Origin: Candidatus Fimivivens sp.
GTDB lineage: Bacteria > Patescibacteriota > Minisyncoccia > Moranbacterales > UBA1568
Length of the DNA stretch: 52,901 bases
Assembly (NCBI GenBank): GCA_035560715.1
Contig: DATMYW010000030.1
Span: 1 to 52,901, forward strand
Direction: 5' to 3'
The notes under the pieces were generated by a model. It did not search any database. It was not told the origin of the DNA and saw nothing but the letters and a program-made list of their open reading frames with translations. Both the position numbers and the translations under genes were made by a program. Below, in pieces: positions 42,803 to 52,901 of this stretch (position 1 is the stretch's first letter; each line of letters opens with the position of its first letter).

Positions 42803-44383
42803 GAGGGTGTGCGAGATCGATTTGATATCGGCCCCTCCCTGGACAAGCCTTCGGAGCCACTTGTCCTCGTCTTCCTTCCACGGCGTATACGCCTTCGGGA
42901 ATGTCTTCCGTATCTCGTCATAATGACCGGGGCCGGCGGTTTTGGGAGTCGGACTCCCGCTTGGGAGTCGGACTCCCTTTTTCACTTCTTTTCTCCCCTT
43001 CGTCTTCTGCTTACCCATTTTTCCCTTTCCCCCTTGCCACGTAGGAGCCTTGGCGGAGGAGGGCTGCACCCCGCAGATGATCAAAAACCCTTCCTCATCT
43101 TTCCGGATCTCGTCTTCGCTCCGTGAGCCGTACGATGTCGCGGCCGACTCGCTCGCCTCGCGAAAGAGGAGGTCGCGCTCGCGCACCGCCGGGTGCGTGA
43201 GGAACGCGCGGTCGGAGAGTCCGACGAGCGAAAGCCCCGCGAGGGTGCGCACGCGGGAGAGCGCCACATATCCCTGCCCGTATTCGAACACGCGAGACAG
43301 GTCCATGACCGCCGCATCGAGCGAGGTTCCCTGACTCTTGTGGATCGTCATCGCCCACGCGAGCCGCAACGGGATCTGCCGGATCCGCGCCACGATCTCC
43401 TCCCCTTCCTCGACCGCCCATTCGGCAGGAGCGACCGTCACCGTGTCACCGTCGCGGGTGCGGACAATCGGGAATTTCTTGGTCGCATCGAACCCGATGA
43501 CCGTGCCGAGCGTCCCGTTCACGTATCCTTCCTCGGCATTGTTCTTGGTGAACATGACCGAGGCGCCCTCCTTGAGTTCGAGCTTCTCGGGCGAAAGGCA
43601 CCCGCGGATGAGCGAGGCGAGCGGTCCCTCGGGTCCCCGCGTCGCCATACGGAAGACGACTGCCTTCCCGGGAAGCCGGTCGAGCGCGGCCGCATTGATC
43701 CCGTCCACGTCGGTATTGTGCGAGAAAAGCACCGGCAGGTCCTCGTCCGGCACATCATCGGGTCCCAGGAGGCACTTGCGAACGAGTTCGAGGTGCGTCT
43801 CGCCGAATTCGTCACGGCGGATCGCGGAGAGTATCTCGAGGAATGCCGGGTCTTCCTGACGGTGCTGCTCATGCAGATAGCAGACGACCGGATCGAGCGC
43901 GGCCCACGCGGACGACTCGAACGCGAACTGGGCCGCCCCATCGCGCGACACCGGCGGCAGCTGGAAGAAGTCGCCGACGAGCACGACCTGGATCCCGCCA
44001 AAGGGAAGCGTCGTTCCCTTGGCGTGCCGGCACACCCGCTCCACAAGCGAAAGTGTCCGCGCATCGAGCATCGAGATCTCGTCGATTACGAGGACGTTCG
44101 TCTCGCGAATCCGACGCAGGGCCGCACGGTTCTTCACGAGACGGCGGAATCCCTCGTCGTCGAGCTCGCGGTTCGCACCGATCCCGCTCCACGAGTGGAT
44201 GGTCATCCCGTGGATATGCGTGGCCGCGATTCCGGTCGAGGCCGTCACCGCGTACGCGATACCCCGGGAACGAAGGTATTCCGCATATCGGTTCACGACA
44301 TGCGTCTTGCCGGCACCCGCCTCCCCCGTGAGGAAAACGTTCGCGCCGGTCTTGAGTATGGATAGCGCCTGGTCCTGGGTCAT
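42743..44383 (-). CDS. PIF1/RecD-like ATP-dependent DNA helicase with a C-terminal Myb/HTH-like tail
   Basis: Walker A GEAGAGKTH, VLVIDEISM, VLVGDFFQLPPV, TIHKSQG. Tail YTPWKEDEDKWL...LGRQPGSIRSRIEKLGL. Confidence 0.88.
   Translation of the reverse strand: MTQDQALSILKTGANVFLTGEAGAGKTHVVNRYAEYLRSRGIAYAVTASTGIAATHIHGMTIHSWSGIGANRELDDEGFRRLVKNRAALRRIRETNVLVIDEISMLDARTLSLVERVCRHAKGTTLPFGGIQVVLVGDFFQLPPVSRDGAAQFAFESSAWAALDPVVCYLHEQHRQEDPAFLEILSAIRRDEFGETHLELVRKCLLGPDDVPDEDLPVLFSHNTDVDGINAAALDRLPGKAVVFRMATRGPEGPLASLIRGCLSPEKLELKEGASVMFTKNNAEEGYVNGTLGTVIGFDATKKFPIVRTRDGDTVTVAPAEWAVEEGEEIVARIRQIPLRLAWAMTIHKSQGTSLDAAVMDLSRVFEYGQGYVALSRVRTLAGLSLVGLSDRAFLTHPAVRERDLLFREASESAATSYGSRSEDEIRKDEEGFLIICGVQPSSAKAPTWQGGKGKMGKQKTKGRKEVKKGVRLPSGSPTPKTAGPGHYDEIRKTFPKAYTPWKEDEDKWLRRLVQGGADIKSISHTLGRQPGSIRSRIEKLGLGEK
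42942..42977. repeat. tandem 17-mers, each holding a 15-nt palindrome, inside the helicase CDS
   Basis: TTGGGAGTCGGACTCCC at 42942..42958 and 42961..42977. Core GGGAGTCGGACT also forms the half-site of the 32-nt intergenic palindromes. Confidence 0.85.
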
Positions 44384-44424
44384 ATTCGTTTCCTTATCCT
44401 ATCATCCGACAGACAAAACTGAAA

Positions 44425-44461
44425 CAAAAAAAGACTTGGGAACGGTTATCCCCAGGTCTTT
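44425..44461 (-). terminator. terminator after 44472..45053
   Basis: Minus strand AAAGACCTGGG-N10-CCCAAGTCTTT followed by TTTTT. Confidence 0.7.
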
Positions 44462-44471
44462 GGCGAAAAGC

Positions 44472-45053
44472 TCACATCCGCCTAAGCACATCGCGCACGC
44501 GATAGGCGGCATACCGCTCAGAAACGAGGTACGCTCCGATCGTGCACGCCAACACGATCAACGTGATAACATGCCCGCCGGGAATCAGCGCAAGAAAAAG
44601 CACGACAAACCCGACCGATACCGACGTCCATTCCGCCCATGAACACTCGAAGTACCCGAAGGCGGACGTGATGGCCGCCCAGGACGGTTTGTCTCGTCTC
44701 GCCCGTGTCACCGACTGCACGGACAGGACCGACAGGACGGCGATAAAGAATACCCAGACCAAAAGCACCGCGCCTTCCTCCAGCCGGCCGACGGACTTGG
44801 CAATAAACCCTATATGTGCCAGGAGCCGATACCCGACGTCCGGCTTCGAAACGAGCGCCGAGAGACCAAATGAGACGGCGAGAAAAAGACCGTACGACAG
44901 CATCTTTTCAGTTCCCGTCTCCCTCTCATATGGGTCCTCTTCCGACCCGAGTCGTCCTTCCACGAATCGTTCCGCGCTATCGGACAGACCGAATCTGATT
45001 TTTATATCGGAAATCAGATCCCGTTCATATCGCATAAGATGCCGTATCATCAT
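44472..45053 (-). CDS. hypothetical multi-TM membrane protein
   Basis: 193-aa ORF. AAGGAGGG lies 1-2 nt (unusually close) before the ATG. Confidence 0.65.
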   Translation of the reverse strand: MMIRHLMRYERDLISDIKIRFGLSDSAERFVEGRLGSEEDPYERETGTEKMLSYGLFLAVSFGLSALVSKPDVGYRLLAHIGFIAKSVGRLEEGAVLLVWVFFIAVLSVLSVQSVTRARRDKPSWAAITSAFGYFECSWAEWTSVSVGFVVLFLALIPGGHVITLIVLACTIGAYLVSERYAAYRVRDVLRRM

Positions 45054-45429
45054 ACCCTCCTTGTTTTCCGTTGTAAAAAAGCAATCGCCTCACGATGGTA
45101 CAGTCAACGGTTCATGGCGTCAACTTCGTTCGGAAAAAATGACCGCTCCGTCCCGTTTTCCGATTTCAGCGAAAAATCGAGGCCTGAATAAGCCTCATTT
45201 CCGGTCGGTTTCAAAGTTCGGGACAGGACCGAATTTCAGGAACGGATGCATGAGACGCTTCCGGAAGCCTCCGCCCCGTACTACCAGAGTACGAAATATG
45301 GTCGTACTCCGATACCGGTTGTCATATCCCCATATCAAACGGTACACCAACTGACGACCGCATTATTATGTTACATTATTCTTTCAGGATTTCAGCAGAG
45401 CAGTAAGGACGGTCTCGCTCCCGTAATAC

Positions 45430-45464
45430 CGAAAGCCCCCTGCACCGTACGGTACTGGGGGCTT
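45430..45464 (-). terminator. terminator after rpoC
   Basis: AAGCCCCC-N16-GGGGGCTT, followed on the minus strand by TCGGTATT. Confidence 0.6.
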
Positions 45465-45484
45465 GGGACAGGGTCGGGTCGGGA

Positions 45485-48400
45485 CTACTCGGCGATTTCT
45501 TCCGCGACATCGGCAACCGGGGCCGCGACGGGCTCGCGGAATCCGGTACCGGCCGGGATGAGACGCCCGATGATGACGTTCTCCTTGAGGCCGCGGAGGC
45601 GGTCCTCCTTGCCGGCGACCGACGCGTTGATAAGCACCCGCGCCGTTTCCATGAAGGATGCGGCCGAGAGAAAGGACTCCGTCGAGAGCGCCACCTTGGT
45701 GATACCGAGGACGAGCTGTTCGCCCTGGGCGGTCGCCTTGCCGGCCGCCGCGACCTCCTGGTTCGACTCGCCGAACTGCGCGGTCTCGACGATGTCGCCC
45801 GGCAGGAGCTCGGTCGCACCCGGATCCGTGATGCGGATGCGGGAAAGCATCTGGCGGATGATCACCTCGATGTGCTTGTCGTTGATACCTTCGCCCTGGC
45901 TCGCGTAGATCTCTTCGATCTCGCGGATGATGTAGCGATGCAGCGCCTCCTTGCCCGAGATCTCGTAGAGTTTCTTGAGATCGAGGTGCCCCTCGGAGAG
46001 GACCGTCCCCTCACCCACGAGGTCGCCTTCCTTCACGAGTACCGAGAGGTTCGCCGGGACGGAGAACTCGCGATCTTCCTTGTCCACGGTGGTGATGACG
46101 ATCTTGACCGTCTTCTCGCCGTCCTTCGAAACTGACAACACGGTGCCGGCGACATCGGAGATGACGCCCTCGGACTTCGGTGTGCGGGCCTCGAAGATCT
46201 CCTCAACGCGCGGAAGACCCTGCGTGATGTCGGACCCGGCGATACCGCCGATGTGGAACGTACGCATGGTGAGCTGGGTACCCGGCTCGCCGATCGCCTG
46301 TGCGGCGACGACTCCGACTGAGGCGCCGATCTCGACCATCGCGTTGCGACCGAGGTCGACCCCGTAGCACTTGCGGCAGATGCCGCGGTTGGATTTGCAG
46401 GACACGAGCGAACGGATCCTTACTTTCTGGATGCCGACCTTCTCGATCTCGGCCGCCTTCGGTTTCGAGATGAGTTCGTTCTTCTTCACGATGACCTCGC
46501 CCGTATCGGGATGCTTGATCGTCTCGAGCGCGACGCGACCGCGGACCCGTCCCGCGAAGCTCATGCCGATCGATTCGGAATCCTCACGGTAGAGGAACGC
46601 GCCATCAGTATCCTTGCAGTCCTCCTCACGGACGATGATATCCTGCGACACGTCGACCAGTCGACGGGTGAGGTAACCGGCGGTCGCGGTGCGGAGCGCG
46701 GTATCCGCCATACCCTTTCGCGCGCCGTGCGTGGAGATGAAGTACTCGAGAACATTGAACCCTTCCTTGAACGAGCTCTTGACCGGGAGCTCGATGGTCT
46801 CGCCGGTCGCTCCGGCCATAAGTCCCTTCATTCCGGTCATCTGGACGACGACGGATTCGGAACCGCGGGCTTTGGAGTAGACCATGGAGTAGACCGGGCC
46901 CTCCTTGTCGAGAGACGAGCGGACCGCATCGGTAATCTTGTTCTTCGCCTCGTTCCAGATCTCGATGACGCGATTCTTGCGCTCCTCGTTGGTGAGAAAG
47001 CCCATCTCGTACTGTCCCTTCACCTCGACGACCTTGGTCTCGGCATCAGCCATAATCGTCTCCTTCTCGACCGGGACCTTGAGATCGTCCATACCCCAGC
47101 TGATGCCGGAGCGGGAGACGTAACGGAACCCGAGGTCCTTGAGCTTGTCGGCGAACTTCGCAGTCTCTTCCTGACCGACTTCCTCGAGCATGCGAGCCAT
47201 GACGCCGTTGAGACTCTTCTTCACGAACTCTTCGTTCATGAAGCGGAGGTGATCCGGCAAGATGTCGTTGAAGAGCACTCGGCCGGCGGACGTCTCGATG
47301 AGCTCGCCTTTCCAAAGAAGCTTGATCTTCGCATTCACGTCGATCAATCCGCTCTGATACGCGAAGATGACCTCGTCCATGTTCGAGAACGCTTTCCCCT
47401 CGCCCTTCACGCCACTCTTGAGGTGCGTCAGATAGTACGCGCCGAGCACCATGTCGAGCGTCGCGGACACGATCGGATCGCCGGACGCCGGCTTCAGAAG
47501 GTTCTTCGCGGAAAGCATCATGTTCGCGCTCTCCCAACGGGCCTGATCGGTAAGCGGTACGTGAACCGCCATCTGGTCGCCGTCGAAGTCCGCGTTGAAC
47601 GCGGAACACACCATCGGATGGAGGCGGATGGCCTTGCCCTCGATCAGGACCGGCTGAAACGCCTGGATGGAGAGACGGTGCAGGGTCGGGGCGCGGTTCA
47701 GGAGCACGTAGTGGTGCTCGATGATCTGGTCGAGGATCTCATATGCCTCTTCCGCCTCGGCGTCGACCATGCGGCCGGCGGTGCGGACATTGTGCGCGTC
47801 CTCACGTTCGATGAGCTTCTGGATGATGAACGGCTTGAAAAGTTCGAGTGCCATCTTTTTCGGAAGACCGCACTGGTGCAGCTTGAGCTTCGGACCGACG
47901 ACGATCACGGAGCGTCCCGAATAATCGACGCGCTTTCCAAGCAGGTTCTGACGGAACCGACCCTGCTTCCCTTTGAGCGCGTCGGCGAGCGAACGGAGCG
48001 GTCGGCGCTGCCCGGTAGAGGCGGCGGCGCTGGCCTGACCGCGGCGGGCACCGTTGTCGAAGAGCGCGTCCACCGCTTCCTGCAGCATGCGCTTCTCATT
48101 TCTCGTGATGACTTCCGGCGCGCCGATAGACAAGAGCTTCTTCAACCGGTTGTTGCGGTTGATGATACGACGATAGAGATCGTTGAGGTCGGACGTGGCG
48201 AACCGTCCGCCATCGAGGGCGACCATCGGACGCAGATCCGGCGGGATGACCGGGATGACGGTCGGGAGCATCCACTCGAGCCGCAATTGCGCCTTCTGGA
48301 AGCCCTGGAAGACCTTGAGCCGCTGGAGATGCTTCTTGGGATCGGACATCTCGCCCGCCTCAAGCTCGGCCCGGAGCGACGTGATCATCGCCGGGATATC

Positions 48401-49087
48401 GATCTTCTCGAGAATCTTTCGGACGGCCTCGGCACCGATGCCGGCGGAGAAGACCTGTCCGAAACGGGTCGAGAGGTTGAAGTACTCGATCTCGGAAAGG
48501 ATGCGGTACGGCGTGAGACTGCGGAGTTCCTCCTTGGTCGTGCGATACTGCTCGCGCAGGCTTTCGAGGGCTTCATCGGAATCTTTGAGTTCCTTCTGCT
48601 TCGTCTTGTATTCGGTCTCGAGTTCCTTGAGCGACTTCTCTTTGAGACTCTCGTTCACCTCGGTCACGATGTAGGACGAGAAGTAGATGACGCGCTCGAG
48701 GTCCTGCGGCGAGATGCCGAGGACGAGACCGATCTTCGACGGGACGCCGCGAAGGTACCAGATGTGCGAGACCGGTGTCGCGAGCTTGATATGACCCATC
48801 CGCTCGCGGCGGACGATCGCGCGCGTCACCTCGACGCCGCATTTGTCGCAGACAATCCCCTTGTAGCGGATGCGCTTGTACTTGCCGCAGTAGCATTCCC
48901 AATCCTTCGAGGGACCGAAGATGCGCTCGCAGAAGAGCCCGTCCGGCTCGTATCGCTGGGTGCGGTAGTTGATGGTCTCCGGCTTGGTGACTTCACCCGT
49001 GGACCAGCCGAGGATCTCCTCGGGGCTCGCCAGGGTCAGCTTGACGCTGCTGAAGTCGCTTACTTTCGTGATGTTTTCCGTGGACAT
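45485..49087 (-). CDS. rpoC: DNA-directed RNA polymerase subunit beta'
   Basis: 1200 aa. Catalytic NADFDGDQM and the zinc-binding CDKCGVEV region. Confidence 0.98.
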   Translation of the reverse strand: MSTENITKVSDFSSVKLTLASPEEILGWSTGEVTKPETINYRTQRYEPDGLFCERIFGPSKDWECYCGKYKRIRYKGIVCDKCGVEVTRAIVRRERMGHIKLATPVSHIWYLRGVPSKIGLVLGISPQDLERVIYFSSYIVTEVNESLKEKSLKELETEYKTKQKELKDSDEALESLREQYRTTKEELRSLTPYRILSEIEYFNLSTRFGQVFSAGIGAEAVRKILEKIDIPAMITSLRAELEAGEMSDPKKHLQRLKVFQGFQKAQLRLEWMLPTVIPVIPPDLRPMVALDGGRFATSDLNDLYRRIINRNNRLKKLLSIGAPEVITRNEKRMLQEAVDALFDNGARRGQASAAASTGQRRPLRSLADALKGKQGRFRQNLLGKRVDYSGRSVIVVGPKLKLHQCGLPKKMALELFKPFIIQKLIEREDAHNVRTAGRMVDAEAEEAYEILDQIIEHHYVLLNRAPTLHRLSIQAFQPVLIEGKAIRLHPMVCSAFNADFDGDQMAVHVPLTDQARWESANMMLSAKNLLKPASGDPIVSATLDMVLGAYYLTHLKSGVKGEGKAFSNMDEVIFAYQSGLIDVNAKIKLLWKGELIETSAGRVLFNDILPDHLRFMNEEFVKKSLNGVMARMLEEVGQEETAKFADKLKDLGFRYVSRSGISWGMDDLKVPVEKETIMADAETKVVEVKGQYEMGFLTNEERKNRVIEIWNEAKNKITDAVRSSLDKEGPVYSMVYSKARGSESVVVQMTGMKGLMAGATGETIELPVKSSFKEGFNVLEYFISTHGARKGMADTALRTATAGYLTRRLVDVSQDIIVREEDCKDTDGAFLYREDSESIGMSFAGRVRGRVALETIKHPDTGEVIVKKNELISKPKAAEIEKVGIQKVRIRSLVSCKSNRGICRKCYGVDLGRNAMVEIGASVGVVAAQAIGEPGTQLTMRTFHIGGIAGSDITQGLPRVEEIFEARTPKSEGVISDVAGTVLSVSKDGEKTVKIVITTVDKEDREFSVPANLSVLVKEGDLVGEGTVLSEGHLDLKKLYEISGKEALHRYIIREIEEIYASQGEGINDKHIEVIIRQMLSRIRITDPGATELLPGDIVETAQFGESNQEVAAAGKATAQGEQLVLGITKVALSTESFLSAASFMETARVLINASVAGKEDRLRGLKENVIIGRLIPAGTGFREPVAAPVADVAEEIAE

Positions 49088-49115
49088 AGGCGTGTGGCGT
49101 TAGAAGTCGTCAAGG

Positions 49116-52544
<3,429 letters not shown>

Positions 52545-52772
52545 ACGAAAATTGCCATCGTCACTTCTTGCTGTTTCGGCGAGGCCGTCGATAAAACAAG
52601 CGGTAACTGATGGTTGCGGTTATTTATGAAATTGTGCCACCCGTACGGACGAGAAACATTCTCTTCGAGGAAAAAAGAGAAACGTAACGAGGAAACCCGC
52701 GCTTCTGCGCGTTTTTCCTTTAACCTCCGACTGAAGAGTCCTCTAGAGCGGACTTTCCTACCAAGTGGCCCC

Positions 52773-52801
52773 ATCGTAACAGGAGAGGAAAAATGTGTCA
52801 A
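52773..52801 (-). promoter_or_regulatory. candidate rpoB promoter
   Basis: Minus strand TTGACA, 17 nt, TACGAT. It leaves a leader of roughly 220 nt. Confidence 0.5.
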
Positions 52802-52901
52802 GGCCGGGATACGGCAATGTTTCTGAAAATGAAAAGAAAGAAATATTATGGCTCAAATAAATCCTTTTTCGGAAATGAAATACGATTTTCCTCTTTTTCC
52901 C

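Noticed and set aside
52848-52901. Partial plus-strand ORF (MAQINPFSEMKYDFPLFP...) at the window edge
   Set aside because: Only 18 codons are visible and the SD is weak, so it cannot be evaluated.

Overview
This is a 52.9-kb high-GC bacterial window: hand-counted core lines are about 58% G+C. Gene content and order resemble a small-genome Patescibacteria/CPR-type organism, but that is inferred from content only. Two conserved blocks, almost entirely on the minus strand, flank an accessory region. Block 1 (1-26 kb) holds tRNA-Pro(GGG), ndk, a ComEC split into two genes around argB, nrdR, ftsZ-ftsA, a 50-codon Cys-rich ORF missing from the ORF track, dgkA, ybeY, yqeY-rpsU, HIT, hisS, lepB, an LCP protein, pth, efp, rpsR-ssb-rpsF, a PilX/LamG pilin-like protein, a coiled-coil lytic transglycosylase, recA, a RodZ-like protein and ftsK. 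Block 2 (42.7-52.5 kb) holds a PIF1-like helicase, a membrane protein, rpoC and rpoB. The accessory region (26.1-42.7 kb) has three parts. (a) 26.1-30.9 kb: seven genes, six orphans plus an isolated TrpF-like barrel. (b) 31.0-34.2 kb: a tight five-gene minus-strand operon (SDH-type Clp-fold protease, two AT-rich genes, methyltransferase, LysE exporter). (c) 34.4-42.8 kb: nine plus-strand genes, each with its own promoter and terminator, joined by recurring junction modules. The most notable signal is in (c). The junctions contain copies of the last ~60 nt of the adjacent helicase gene. One copy is part of a 73-bp perfect direct repeat flanking the last cassette. Two older copies still encode the helicase C-terminal peptide but differ mainly by synonymous changes. 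This looks like serial cassette accretion or exchange at the helicase 3' end, and no recombinase is visible in the window. Other recurring elements are a MITE-like hairpin element (three full copies and one fragment), a variable lipoprotein family with an identical 57-nt leader/start block, and duplicated promoter-leader modules. No CRISPR array, rRNA, transposase or phage hallmark gene was seen. All functional calls come from motif recognition by eye. No database search was run.
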